NCBI GenBank assembly: GCA_049287685.1
Contig: JBAQGH010000072.1
Coordinates: 2,821 to 66,820, forward strand
Source of the DNA: Solirubrobacteraceae bacterium
GTDB taxonomy: Bacteria > Actinomycetota > Thermoleophilia > Solirubrobacterales > Solirubrobacteraceae
Reading direction: 5' to 3'
DNA length: 64,000 nt
Part shown: positions 28,801 to 39,092 of the stretch, piece after piece
How the letters are laid out: every line of letters begins with the position of its first letter
Numbering within the stretch: position 1 is the stretch's first letter
The notes under the pieces: generated by a model
Databases searched by the model: none
What the model was told of the DNA's origin: nothing
Seen by the model: only the letters and a program-made list of their open reading frames with translations
Program-made: the position numbers and the translations under genes

Positions 28801-29940
28801 TCAACAGGGCACCAGCTGCCCTGCGCTGGCGACCGCCCGCGGTTCGCCATGAATAACCCAGTCTGTAACCAACTCCCCTATCACCGGCGAGAGCTGGATG
28901 CCCGACCCGCCTGCGCCGCCCGCCACGATCACTGGCAGCCCAGGCACGGGACCTACGAGCGGTCTGCCTGTGACGCTTACCGGATAGAGGCCCGCCCAGC
29001 CTCCAGCCAAAGTCGCCTCCGCCAGCCCCGGCAGGCGGTTGGAAAGCTTGCCGGCAAGCTCTTCCAAAAACCCCTCGTCAGCCTGGCGCACATAGGAGTC
29101 GGGGTCGGCGCTGCGTGCGGAGGCCTCCTCACCATGGAGCCCGGCGATCAACCTGCCACTGCCCTCATGGCGAAAGTACAAGCCGCGCTCACCGCTGCCG
29201 GGCGTGTAGTCCATCACCGATGGCATCGTGTACGGCAGCTCATGTGGGAGATGCACCACACATGCCTGATGACGTTGGGGCGCCAAGCCCAGCTCACAGC
29301 CGAGCAGCCTCGCAACCTTCCCAGCCCAGGGACCGGCCGCGTCGACAGTCAAGTCACACTCGAGCTCGCCGCCGCTTGTCTTTAGACGCAGCCCGCCACC
29401 CGTAAGCGGCTCGGCGCCCTGCAACTCGGTGGCCATGAGTAGTCGTGCGCCTGCCAGCACAGCCAGTTCCGCAAGCAGCCCACAGTAGAGATGGCCGTCG
29501 ATGAAACCATCCCCGCGCCCAAACAGCCCGGCCTTCAGGTCATCCGATCGCATCTCCGGCACCATCCGCGCGATCTCCATTCGGTCGAGCACCTCCGCGC
29601 CCCGCACGCCAAGCTCGCGTTGGATCTCCACGCTGCGCTCGAATGCCACCCGCGACGCGTCGTCGTGGCCGAGCCGTAGATATCCGTTACGTACCACCCT
29701 CAACTCGTGCTCACGCTCGAGCCACGCAAACGTACGCATGGCGCGAACACGCAATTCGATGTCCAACCGCTCGAGATACTGCGTCTCTACGATTCCCACG
29801 GACAAGCCCGAGGACCCGGCGGCGACGTGCCGGGTGTCGATCACTGTCACCTCGCACCCGCGGCGAGCAAGCTCCAGCGCACTCGACAGGCCGATCGCGC
29901 CGGCGCCGATAACGCAGACCACCGGCCCTTCGCCGCTCAC
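28801..29940 (-). CDS. FAD-dependent oxidoreductase (DAO family; sarcosine/amine/D-amino-acid oxidase-like)
   Basis: VVCVIGAGAIGLSSALELARRGCEVTVID dinucleotide fold. The GTG start at 29940 overlaps the upstream TGA (GTGA). Confidence 0.8.
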   Translation of the reverse strand: MSGEGPVVCVIGAGAIGLSSALELARRGCEVTVIDTRHVAAGSSGLSVGIVETQYLERLDIELRVRAMRTFAWLEREHELRVVRNGYLRLGHDDASRVAFERSVEIQRELGVRGAEVLDRMEIARMVPEMRSDDLKAGLFGRGDGFIDGHLYCGLLAELAVLAGARLLMATELQGAEPLTGGGLRLKTSGGELECDLTVDAAGPWAGKVARLLGCELGLAPQRHQACVVHLPHELPYTMPSVMDYTPGSGERGLYFRHEGSGRLIAGLHGEEASARSADPDSYVRQADEGFLEELAGKLSNRLPGLAEATLAGGWAGLYPVSVTGRPLVGPVPGLPVIVAGGAGGSGIQLSPVIGELVTDWVIHGEPRAVASAGQLVPC

Positions 29941-31136
29941 CGAGCCGCGTCCCCGATCCGATCGAATGCCAACAGCACCCTCTCCACGACCCGTTCGTCC
30001 ATCGGTGTAGACATACACAAAAGGCCATTTGCCCCGATCAGAACACCCGTCTCGTAGAGGCGCCACCAAAGCGCCGTCGGATCCTGTGAGCGGATCCGCA
30101 GCAGAGAGCCCTGTCCGCTCACCGGCCAGCCACGCTCGCACAAGCCCTCGCGCAGGCGATCGCCGAGCGCGTTCGTCCTCTCGACCTCGGCGAGGCCGAA
30201 CGCCTCGAGCGCCGCCAACCCAGCGCGCATCGTCACCGGATTGGCCGAAAACGTCCCGCCATGAGCCACCGCGTCAGGGCGGCGTGGGTCGAACACATCC
30301 ATGAACGCGGCCCGCCCACCGACAGCACCGACCGGAAAGCCGCCGCCGATCATCTTGCCGAGCGCGACCAAGTCGCCCTCGATCCCGTACAGCGAGTGCA
30401 TCCCACCGGGCGCCAACCTGAACGTGATCACCTCGTCTAGCACCAGCGCGATCCCGCGACACTCGGTCTGCTCACGCACAAGCCTGACAAACGAAGGCTC
30501 GAGCGGCCGCAGGCCGGCGCGGTTGGGCATCAGGTCAAGCAGCACCGCCGCGATGCGGCCATCATGCTCGTCGAGCGCCTCCACGAAAGACCCCTCGTCG
30601 CCCAGCTCGAGCGTCAGCACGTCCCCCTGAGCCGCCGCCGGCACTCCGTGCGAGCCACGACGCACCACCGCATCCCAACTGCCGTGGTAACAGTTGGCAA
30701 AGCGGAGCAATCCGTCGCGGCCGGTAGCGGCACGAGCAGCCCGTACAGCCATCATCACCGCCTCGGTGCCTGAATTGGCAAAGCGCCAGCGCTCGGCCCA
30801 GCCGACGCGCGCCGCCAAGCACTCGGCCAGCTCTATCTCCGAGAGCGTCGGCAAGCCAAAGGCCGACCCGTCGGCGAGCGCCGCCACAGCCGCCTGCATC
30901 GCCGGTCCAAACGCATGGCCGTGCACGAGCGCCGTGTAGTTGTTCTGCAAGTCGATCGTGCGGTGGCCGTCGACGTCCACGACTTCGCAACCCTCGCCAC
31001 GAGCCGCGTATGGAGGGTGGGGAGCGACAAACAGCGTCGAACGCGTGTTGCCACCAGGCAAGCTGCGCAGTGCCCGCTCGTACAATCCCTGCGTTATCGG
31101 CGCCTCGATGTCAGTGGCGATCGGAGTCTGCTCCAT
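29937..31136 (-). CDS. class-III (PLP) aminotransferase, glutamate-1-semialdehyde aminomutase-like
   Basis: YTALVHGH..., LVLDEVITFR and GKMIGGGFPVGAVGG motifs; 399 aa. Confidence 0.85.
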   Translation of the reverse strand: MEQTPIATDIEAPITQGLYERALRSLPGGNTRSTLFVAPHPPYAARGEGCEVVDVDGHRTIDLQNNYTALVHGHAFGPAMQAAVAALADGSAFGLPTLSEIELAECLAARVGWAERWRFANSGTEAVMMAVRAARAATGRDGLLRFANCYHGSWDAVVRRGSHGVPAAAQGDVLTLELGDEGSFVEALDEHDGRIAAVLLDLMPNRAGLRPLEPSFVRLVREQTECRGIALVLDEVITFRLAPGGMHSLYGIEGDLVALGKMIGGGFPVGAVGGRAAFMDVFDPRRPDAVAHGGTFSANPVTMRAGLAALEAFGLAEVERTNALGDRLREGLCERGWPVSGQGSLLRIRSQDPTALWWRLYETGVLIGANGLLCMSTPMDERVVERVLLAFDRIGDAAR

Positions 31137-31237
31137 CGGCTTGCCATGTTTGCAGCAATTGGGACGCTCGCCGGAGTTCGATCAAGGTTCCGCAATTCAC
31201 AGGCAGTGCCCGCAATCCATACCAGCGTCCCCGAAGC

Positions 31238-32308
31238 TCAAACAAGCGGGACGAGCACCGCCTCCTCCGCCGCCGCGAACAGCTCCAGCTCCATACCCAG
31301 AGCTATCCCCGCGCAATCGCGCGAATCGATCGTCGCCACGATCCTCCCAAGCCCCGGCGTGTCGATCGATATCTCCTGCTCATCGCCAAACAACAGCATC
31401 TCCGCCACCAGCCCAACGATCCTCAGCGATCCTGCCGAGGCGCCGCGACGCAGACTGCGGCGGCGCACGGCCAGCGCAACGCGATCGCCGGCCGTGGCGC
31501 TGGTGGCACAGCGGATCTCGCCCTCCCCGCAACGCACGCGCGCGCTGTCCTCGCCGAGTAGCTCGTGCTCGCTCACAGCCAGCAGGTTCGCATTCGCGAA
31601 AAAGCCCGCCACGAAGCTGTCTGCCGGACGCGCGTACAGCTGCGCCGGCTCCCCTACGCTCGCGACTCGACCCGCACGCATGATCGCGATGCGATCCGAC
31701 AGCGCCAGGGCCTCTTGCTGATCATGGGTGACATACACGATCGTCGCACCCAGTTCACGGTGGACGCCGCGGATCTGCTCCTCCATTTCGAGGCGCAACG
31801 CGCGGTCGAGCGCCCCCAACGGCTCGTCCATCAGGATCACCTCGGGGTCATACGCGAGCGCTCGACCGAGGGCCACGCGCTGTTGCTGGCCACCGGAGAG
31901 CTGTCGCGGATAGCGCCCTTCCAGGCCGTCCAAGTGCAACAGTCCGAGCATCTCGCCCACGCGCCGCTCACGCTCGGCGCGGCCCACGCGTCTGAACTTC
32001 AAGCCATAGCCGACGTTTTGTGCGACGGTCATGTGCGGAAACAGCGCATACTGCTGGAAGACCATCCCCACGCCCCGGCGCGCCGGCGACAATCGCGATA
32101 TATCAAGGCCGCGCAACAGCACCTTTCCCGACGTCGGCGCCTCGAAGCCCGCGATCACCTTCAACAGCGTCGTCTTGCCTGAGCCGCTGGGTCCCAGCAA
32201 CGTCAACAGCTCGCCTTGGCGCACCTGCAGGCTGACCTCTTGCAGGGCGGGCGTCTGGCCGTAGAACTTGCTCAGTCCCTGGATGTCGAGCACCGTGTCC
32301 GCGCTCAC
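31238..32308 (-). CDS. ABC transporter ATP-binding protein (PotA-like)
   Basis: Walker A GPSGSGKTT, signature LSGGQQQRVALGRAL, Walker B ILMDEP. The GTG start at 32308 overlaps the permease stop (GTGA). Confidence 0.9.
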   Translation of the reverse strand: MSADTVLDIQGLSKFYGQTPALQEVSLQVRQGELLTLLGPSGSGKTTLLKVIAGFEAPTSGKVLLRGLDISRLSPARRGVGMVFQQYALFPHMTVAQNVGYGLKFRRVGRAERERRVGEMLGLLHLDGLEGRYPRQLSGGQQQRVALGRALAYDPEVILMDEPLGALDRALRLEMEEQIRGVHRELGATIVYVTHDQQEALALSDRIAIMRAGRVASVGEPAQLYARPADSFVAGFFANANLLAVSEHELLGEDSARVRCGEGEIRCATSATAGDRVALAVRRRSLRRGASAGSLRIVGLVAEMLLFGDEQEISIDTPGLGRIVATIDSRDCAGIALGMELELFAAAEEAVLVPLV

Positions 32309-33126
32309 AGCGACCCCCGCCGTGCCAGTCGCGCCGCAAGCGCCATCGCGAGGCTGGTACCCACCATCAGCAGCGTCGCGATCGCGGTGATAACAGGTTC
32401 GAGGCCGTAGCGCACAGAGTCGAGGATCGACTTGGGCAGCGTTTCGAGCCCGGGCCCGCCGAGGAAGTTGACCAGCACCGCCTCGTCGAGGCTTGTCACG
32501 AACGCGAGCACACCCCCGGCCAGTATCGCGGGCGCGAGCAAGCGCAACGTGATCGCAAACCAAGCTTGCACCCGGCTGGCGCCCGCGACCATCGCGGCCA
32601 GCTCGAGCTCAGGCGGGATGCGGCTCATGGCGGCGCTGGTGACGAGCAGCATTACCGGCACCGCAAGCGTCAGGTTGGCAAGCACCAAGCCCCAGTAGGT
32701 GCCGAGCAGACCGACCTGAGCGTACAACCCGTACATGGCGACCGCATACGCGGATATCGGGAGGATTATCCCGGCGATCCCGCCGGCCTGCAGGGCGTGG
32801 CGCAACGGAAGGCGACTACGGTGGATCGTGAACAGCGTGGGCACCACCACGAGCGCGGCAAGCAGCGCCACCGGCGTGGCGATCTTCACCGACAGCCACA
32901 GCGCCGAGCCCCAGCGCGGGTCTTCGAGCAGCCTGCGGTATTGACCCAGCCCCCACGCGTGCGGAGGAAAATCAAAGAAGCGGTCGTTGGAGAAGGACAG
33001 CACCACAACCAGCGCCGCCGGCACGAGCAGAGCGAAAGCCGTAGCCGAGACCACGACCGCGCTCGCAGCGCCAGTGAAACGGTCGCCGACCAGTGCGCGT
33101 CTCACGCCGCCATCCTCGCGTCTCAC
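32305..33126 (-). CDS. ABC transporter permease (PotC-like)
   Basis: Multi-pass membrane protein with an EAA-like loop (SRIPPELELAAMVAGASRVQAW). Its ATG overlaps the upstream stop (ATGA). Confidence 0.85.
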   Translation of the reverse strand: MRREDGGVRRALVGDRFTGAASAVVVSATAFALLVPAALVVVLSFSNDRFFDFPPHAWGLGQYRRLLEDPRWGSALWLSVKIATPVALLAALVVVPTLFTIHRSRLPLRHALQAGGIAGIILPISAYAVAMYGLYAQVGLLGTYWGLVLANLTLAVPVMLLVTSAAMSRIPPELELAAMVAGASRVQAWFAITLRLLAPAILAGGVLAFVTSLDEAVLVNFLGGPGLETLPKSILDSVRYGLEPVITAIATLLMVGTSLAMALAARLARRGSL

Positions 33127-34037
33127 GCCGCCGCCCTCTGAAGGCGCCCACGCCCGACAAGCGCAAGCGCAAGGCCGAGCGTGAGCAGGGCGACGGCCAG
33201 CAGAATCACCGACGCGGCGCTTGCGATCGGATAGTCGTAGAAGGTGAAGATGTAGTCCTGGATGTAGGAGGCCATGAACGGGGCCTGTGCTCCTCCGAGC
33301 AGGACCGGTGTGACGTAGAAGCCGAGCGATATCGCGAATACGAGCGCACCGCTGGCGACGATCCCGGGCATCGCCAGCGGCAGCATCACAGAGCTGATCG
33401 CGCGCGCGCGCGAAGCTCCCAGGCCACGGGCGGCGTCGAGCAGGGAGCGGTCGATCGTGAGAAACACTCCATACAGGGAGAAGGCCGCATAGGGAACCAT
33501 CGTGTAGACCATCCCCAACGCCACAGCAGTCGAGGTGTAGAGCCAGGAGACCGGTGCCAAGCCAAGCAATTCGAGCCCCTTGTCGAGCGGCCCTTCAGAG
33601 GAGAGCAGGATCACGATCGAGTAGTTCTTCACGACCGTCCCCATCCAGAAGGGAGCCAGCACCGCGAGCCACAGGACGGTCTTTACGAGGGTGCTCTTGC
33701 TGACCTTGATGTGCCAGGCCAGCAGACCGCCAAGCCCCACCGCGACCGCGCTCACGAGCACGCTCGACAGCAGTGTGGTGATCAGCGCGCGCCTGCCCGC
33801 GGGACTTTCCAAGACCGCGGCGTAGTTGCCCAGTCCTTCGCCGGTGGTGAGCGAGTCGATCGTCAGCTTGGCGAGCGGATAGACGACGAAGCCGAGCAAC
33901 ATCGCGAGCAGCGGCAACACCAACAACAGTGCCCAACGGTTGGGCAGGACCGCGCTCCAAGCAGGCGGCCGATGCTCGCTATCCACGCGAGGCAAGACGG
34001 GAAGGCTCGCCATGACGCTCCTTCCCGCCTGCCCCAT
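33123..34037 (-). CDS. ABC transporter permease (PotB-like)
   Basis: Multi-pass membrane protein with an EAA-like loop (IDRSLLDAARGLGASRARA). Confidence 0.85.
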   Translation of the reverse strand: MGQAGRSVMASLPVLPRVDSEHRPPAWSAVLPNRWALLLVLPLLAMLLGFVVYPLAKLTIDSLTTGEGLGNYAAVLESPAGRRALITTLLSSVLVSAVAVGLGGLLAWHIKVSKSTLVKTVLWLAVLAPFWMGTVVKNYSIVILLSSEGPLDKGLELLGLAPVSWLYTSTAVALGMVYTMVPYAAFSLYGVFLTIDRSLLDAARGLGASRARAISSVMLPLAMPGIVASGALVFAISLGFYVTPVLLGGAQAPFMASYIQDYIFTFYDYPIASAASVILLAVALLTLGLALALVGRGRLQRAAA

Positions 34038-34057
34038 CTCAGCAGTCCCGCGCGCGA

Positions 34058-35140
34058 CTAGCCGCGCAGGAAGTTCTCATAAGCGGTGTTCAGTTCGTCG
34101 CTGTGATTGGCGTACCACAGGAAGTTGGGCGTCGCCAACTGCTTGAGGTTCACCGGGTTGTCAGCCAGCTGCGAGCCGATCGAGCTCGGCAGGTAGGTGA
34201 GCGCGAGCGGATTTGGGACCGAGTCGTGCACGATTTCGGCCCACGTCGCCTCCGACTTCGGATGGCTGGCGATGAATTCGAGCAGCTTGGAAGCGTCCGC
34301 CGAGTTGGGGGCGCCTTTCAGCACGGCCCAATAGCTGGGCTCATAGGCGCCACCCAACCACACGACCTTCAATTTCACGCCTTGGGAGATAAGCTGGTAG
34401 GCGCGATCGCTCCACATGATCCCAAGCGGCACTTGGCCGCTGCGCATGATCTGCTGCTGCTGTTCGCCCGACTGCCAGAACACCCTGATGTGAGGCTTGA
34501 GACCTTCGAGCGTCTTGATCACTGCTTTGACGTTCACAGGAGTCGTGGCCGTCTGGGTGATCGGCATGCCCGCCGCGACCTCGGCCGTCGTGACCGCCTC
34601 GATCGGCTCGATCCCCCCGAACATGCGCTGCTGGGGGAATTCCTTGGTGTTGTAGAACTGTGCCATGTTGGACGGGCAGGTCTTCATCTTGTCGGTATTG
34701 CAAACGATCACGTCGCCGAGGCTCCCGTGGGAGAAGCCGAACGGCGTGACCTTCTGAGCGCCGAGTTCTTTTTCGAAGCGCGCCTTGGTGGCGGCCGGCA
34801 ATGGAGCCAGCTGTCCCTTTGCGTAGAGCGTGTATGCCGAGCCTCCGTCGAGCGAATCGACCACGTCCCACTGGATCTGTTTCGCCTGGTTTTGTGCTTC
34901 CACGCGCGCGAGCTGGACGCCGGGAGCATCCACGAATTGAGAAGTCAGGTGGTTTTCCGCGTCGAACTGATTTGTGTAGGCCTTCTGCGTGGCTTCGTCG
35001 ATCGGCGCGCCCCAATCGCCGATCGTCAGCGTGGTCGAGCTTTTACCGCTGCTACCGCATGCGGCGATCCCCAAGCAAATCGAGAGCACCGCAAGCGCCC
35101 CAAGCACCCGGCGGCTCCTACCCCAACTCATTGGCTGCAT
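34058..35140 (-). CDS. ABC transporter substrate-binding lipoprotein (PotD/PotF-like, polyamine-type)
   Basis: Lipobox LSICLGIAAC; 360 aa; positioned with PotABC-like partners. Confidence 0.8.
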   Translation of the reverse strand: MQPMSWGRSRRVLGALAVLSICLGIAACGSSGKSSTTLTIGDWGAPIDEATQKAYTNQFDAENHLTSQFVDAPGVQLARVEAQNQAKQIQWDVVDSLDGGSAYTLYAKGQLAPLPAATKARFEKELGAQKVTPFGFSHGSLGDVIVCNTDKMKTCPSNMAQFYNTKEFPQQRMFGGIEPIEAVTTAEVAAGMPITQTATTPVNVKAVIKTLEGLKPHIRVFWQSGEQQQQIMRSGQVPLGIMWSDRAYQLISQGVKLKVVWLGGAYEPSYWAVLKGAPNSADASKLLEFIASHPKSEATWAEIVHDSVPNPLALTYLPSSIGSQLADNPVNLKQLATPNFLWYANHSDELNTAYENFLRG

Positions 35141-35255
35141 ATTCTTCCTCTCTCATAACTGCGCTCAAGCTCGACGACTCGGCGTGCAATTCCCAAGCAC
35201 GCACAAGCAGGCGCACTCAGAGCATGACCTGGCGAAGGCAACCCGCCCCCTGCAC

Positions 35256-36296
35256 TCAACGGAACACGGCATCCAGGATGTCCCGCGGGATTGACGATTG
35301 AGAGTCGAGCACTCGATGACCGATAACCGTGAGGATCGCGTGCGCCGCATAGCGAGCGGTGCGCCCTCCCCCCACATCGTATTGTGGAATCATCTCGCAT
35401 ACGTCAAATGCTCCGACATTCTCGAACTCGACGAGAACTCCGAGCCCGGCCAGGACCTCGCCCGAGCTGAGTCCGTCCAAGACGATCGAATGAGTCCCCG
35501 GAGCGTAGGCGCCGTCGGTGACATCGATGTCGAAGGTCACATACACGCGATCGGCTCCATCGGAGGCGATCTCCAGTGCCTCGCGCATCGTCTCGAGCAC
35601 GCCGCGGCGGCGAATCGAGCTGGCCGTGTAGGCGGCGAAGCCCCTCTCCTTGCATATGCGCAACTGCTCGGGCTCGGCGATGTTCGTCCCGTTCAAGCCC
35701 CACCAGACCATGTTCCCGACCGCCTCGTGCTCGCTGATCCGGCGCGCGAAGGTGCCGTGATTCAGGCGACCCATGTCGCGGAACTCGTCCCAGAAGTCGA
35801 AATGCCCGTCGATGTTCAGAAACCCGACCTTCGCGCCGGGCGTAGCGGCGCGTAGTCCGCGCGCGAAGCCGATGAAGGAGGGGTAGGGCACGAAGTGGTC
35901 GCCGCCGATCACGACCGGCATCGCACCGCGCGCCGTGATCTCGGCCACAGGTGCGGCGATCGCCTCGATCTGCGCGTGCACATCGCCCTGGTGGATGCGC
36001 ACGTCACCGACGTCGAATAGGCAAGGCTGCTCGGGCACCGTCCACACGCACCCATCGGAGACATCTACATAGCCGACGGGCTCGGTCTGCAGACCGTAGT
36101 AGCCGGCCAGGTACAACGACGCCTCGCGGATCGCGCGAGGCGCATAGCGCTGACCGTTGCGCCCCAGCGTCCAGGAGTCCAGCGGCACGCCCAACACCGC
36201 CACGCTGCCGGCGGCGATCTCCCCCACGTCGAGCGCGGGCGCACGGTAAAAGGTGGTCGGCCCCGCGTACCAATGAACGGTGTCGCGTTGCGGCAT
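35256..36296 (-). CDS. arginase/agmatinase/formiminoglutamase-family ureohydrolase
   Basis: Mn-ligand motifs GGDHFVPYP, NIDGHFDFWD and VTFDIDVTDGAYAPGT. Confidence 0.85.
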   Translation of the reverse strand: MPQRDTVHWYAGPTTFYRAPALDVGEIAAGSVAVLGVPLDSWTLGRNGQRYAPRAIREASLYLAGYYGLQTEPVGYVDVSDGCVWTVPEQPCLFDVGDVRIHQGDVHAQIEAIAAPVAEITARGAMPVVIGGDHFVPYPSFIGFARGLRAATPGAKVGFLNIDGHFDFWDEFRDMGRLNHGTFARRISEHEAVGNMVWWGLNGTNIAEPEQLRICKERGFAAYTASSIRRRGVLETMREALEIASDGADRVYVTFDIDVTDGAYAPGTHSIVLDGLSSGEVLAGLGVLVEFENVGAFDVCEMIPQYDVGGGRTARYAAHAILTVIGHRVLDSQSSIPRDILDAVFR

Positions 36297-36396
36297 CAGT
36301 GCTCGCCCGCTGTCGCACCGCTCGCCGGACCGCCGCGGAGGCGAGCACGCGTCATGTGCCAGCCTGACCTGTGCCCGCCCGCTTGCCAGTGGCCCC

Positions 36397-37551
36397 CTAC
36401 TTGCAAAACAACTCCACGGGCACCTCGTTGAGAACCTCGGGACCCTCCTCGGTAACGAGAACGTTATTGCCGAGCATCATCGTCGCACCGTCGCTGTATG
36501 AGAGCCCCGGCTCCATGGTGATGACCATGCCGGGTTCAATCGTGTGAGGATCGCCCCGCATCAGGCTCAACGCACCGATCCAGATCGGCGGATAGGCGAT
36601 CTCCATGCTGAAGCCGAAGCGACCCCACGTGTTCTGCTCATAGCCGCGGTGACACTCCGCGACGAGCTCCACGATCTCAGAGACGTGTGTGCCTGGCCGC
36701 AGCGCATCGGTGGCGCGATCGAGCGCGTCGCGCACGACCTCGTAGAGCTCGCGCACGCGTGCGGACGGCTCACCGACGACGACAGTCCGCGAGATGTTGC
36801 AGTGATAGCGACGCACGACGCCACTGACCTCCAGATAGACCACGTCGCCGTCGCGGAGCACCTTGCCGATCGGCGTCCCGTGTAGCGTGCCCCGCGCATC
36901 GACCAGTGTCGGGTAGGCCGGGAACTCACCCCCGGCCTGAGCGAGGGCTTGCTGTATTGCCGCCATCACCTCGCGATCGCTGACTCCCGCGCGAACCGCC
37001 TCGATGCCGGCGCTCACCCCAAGGTCGGCGACATGCGCAGCTTCGCGCAGCAGCACGATCTCCGCCGGGCTCTTGACCAGACGCAGATCGTCAAGTCCTT
37101 CGCAGACATCGATCGTCTCAGCGTGGGGCAACTCCCGCATCAACTCCAAGGCGTAGCGCGCCTTGAGGTGGTAGCTAGACAGGTTCAGACCGATGCGTCC
37201 CGCTCTGTGGAGACCTCGCTCGCGCAACACCTCCAGCAAACGTGCGGTTTGATCCTCGTGAGTCCAGACGGGCCTGACGTCGCTCACCCAGCAGGTTTCC
37301 TCGCACAGCAACAGCTCGGCCTTGTTGCAGAGCAGCGTGAGCGGGGCCTCCTGCTCGAGCGGCACGATCAGAACCTGGAAGTAGAAGGCACTCGTCGGCT
37401 CGTAGCCAGACAGCCAGTTGTAGTGCTCGGGCTGGCTCAAGAGCAACAGGTCGAGCCCGCGCGCGGCCATCCATTCGCGCGTCCGGGCGAGCCGCTGCCG
37501 ATACTCATCAATCGCCACGGCCATGCGTGGAGCGTGGCGAACTTCGATCAT
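36397..37551 (-). CDS. M24-family hydrolase (Xaa-Pro peptidase / creatinase / ectoine-hydrolase-like)
   Basis: Creatinase-N-like N-terminus and a pita-bread C-terminus (DGDVVYLEVSGVVRRYHCNISRT...GMVITMEPG). The ATG at 37551 overlaps the ALDH stop (ATGA). Confidence 0.8.
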   Translation of the reverse strand: MIEVRHAPRMAVAIDEYRQRLARTREWMAARGLDLLLLSQPEHYNWLSGYEPTSAFYFQVLIVPLEQEAPLTLLCNKAELLLCEETCWVSDVRPVWTHEDQTARLLEVLRERGLHRAGRIGLNLSSYHLKARYALELMRELPHAETIDVCEGLDDLRLVKSPAEIVLLREAAHVADLGVSAGIEAVRAGVSDREVMAAIQQALAQAGGEFPAYPTLVDARGTLHGTPIGKVLRDGDVVYLEVSGVVRRYHCNISRTVVVGEPSARVRELYEVVRDALDRATDALRPGTHVSEIVELVAECHRGYEQNTWGRFGFSMEIAYPPIWIGALSLMRGDPHTIEPGMVITMEPGLSYSDGATMMLGNNVLVTEEGPEVLNEVPVELFCK

Positions 37552-39092
37552 CTCACGATTGTGCGGCTTTGCTCGCGCATGAACTGCTGGAGATAGTACG
37601 GACCGAGGCCACCCTTGCCGGTCAGGCCGCTGGCCTTCCAGCCGCAGAACGATTGCGACCCCGGCCACGCGCCCGTGGTTGCACCCGCGCGCCGGTTCAC
37701 ATACACCACGCCGGCCTCAATCTCCTGGAGGAATTGCTCGACCTCTTGCTCGACCTCACTGAAGATCCCGGCGCTCAGCCCATAGTCGACGGCGTTGGCC
37801 TCAACGATCGCCTCTGCGAGCCCTTCCACTCGAGTTACGGTGAGAAACGGTAGGAACAGCTCACGCCGACTGAGCACATGGCCCGCGGGAAGATCGCACA
37901 CAACGGTCGGCTCGACGAAGTGTCCGCCAGACAGCTCGATTCGTGCTCCGCCGAGGACGACGCGACCCTCGCGACTGGCTAGGTCGACGCTCTCCTGGAA
38001 GCGAGCCACCGCCTCCACGTCTATAACCGGCCCGAGCGTCGAGGCACGATCGGCGGGGTCCCCGACGATCAACTCGCGTGTGAATGCGCACAGCCGCTCG
38101 ACCAACTCGTCGTAAACCTCCCCCGAGACGATCGCGCGCGAGCAGGCGCTGCACTTCTGTCCGGAGAGCCCGAACGCCGCCCTGGCAATGCCCTCCGCGG
38201 CCTTCTCCAGATCGGCATTGGCGGTGACTATCGCCGGGTTCTTGCCGCCCATCTCAGCCAAAACGGGGCGTGCCCAGCGACCGGAGGCCAAGGTTCGCGC
38301 GATCTCCCGCCCGACGGGCGCAGAGCCGGTGAACGCGATTCCATCTACATTCCCTGCGACGAGGGCGCGACCGGTCTCCGCACCGCCGTGCACGAGGTTG
38401 ATCGCACCAGCTGGCAATTCCCCCGTCGCAAGTACCTCGCCGAGCAGCGCACCCGTCCATGGCGTCGCCTCGGACGGCTTGAGGACCACCGTGTTGCCGG
38501 CAATCAGAGCCGCCGAGAGCATGTTCACCGCCAGCGCCAAGGGAAAATTGAACGGCGCGATCACGCCGAACGTTCCGTAGGGCCTGAGCGTCTCGAAGTT
38601 GCTCTCGCTCGCGGTGAGGCTCACAAGCGGTGCGCTGAACCCTTCGGCCTCCTCGATCGCCGCACAGTAGGTCTCGATCAAGTCGATCGCCTCCTGCGCC
38701 TCGGCGATCGACTCTATGCGCGTCTTGCCCGTCTCCAGGCTCACCACCGATGCGATCTCGATCTGACGCTCGCCAAGCGCCTGCGCAACGGCACGCATAT
38801 GGGCACAACGCTCCACGTATGGTGTGCGACCCCATAGCGGCTGGGCCTCGCGGGCGGCGCGCAAGGCTCTGGCGACGGTTTCCGCCTCGGCGGCGTGCGC
38901 CCGACTGACATGCCCGTTTGCGTCTGAGGGCTCATGTCGCTCGAACACCTCTCCCTGTTGTGAGCGATCTCCTGCAATAAAGTGTGCAAAAGGAGCCTGG
39001 GCGGTGGCGCGCTGCCGCACGAGGCAACGCTCGAACTCTTCGTCGAGCGCGCCGGCGAGTGCGCCGCTGGTGTAGGTCAAACGCTCGCTCAC
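37548..39092 (-). CDS. aldehyde dehydrogenase family protein (P5C-dehydrogenase-like, about 514 aa)
   Basis: ALDH motifs (FTGSAPVGREI, LAEMGGKNP, GQKCSACSR). GTG start at 39092. Confidence 0.85.
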   Translation of the reverse strand: MSERLTYTSGALAGALDEEFERCLVRQRATAQAPFAHFIAGDRSQQGEVFERHEPSDANGHVSRAHAAEAETVARALRAAREAQPLWGRTPYVERCAHMRAVAQALGERQIEIASVVSLETGKTRIESIAEAQEAIDLIETYCAAIEEAEGFSAPLVSLTASESNFETLRPYGTFGVIAPFNFPLALAVNMLSAALIAGNTVVLKPSEATPWTGALLGEVLATGELPAGAINLVHGGAETGRALVAGNVDGIAFTGSAPVGREIARTLASGRWARPVLAEMGGKNPAIVTANADLEKAAEGIARAAFGLSGQKCSACSRAIVSGEVYDELVERLCAFTRELIVGDPADRASTLGPVIDVEAVARFQESVDLASREGRVVLGGARIELSGGHFVEPTVVCDLPAGHVLSRRELFLPFLTVTRVEGLAEAIVEANAVDYGLSAGIFSEVEQEVEQFLQEIEAGVVYVNRRAGATTGAWPGSQSFCGWKASGLTGKGGLGPYYLQQFMREQSRTIVR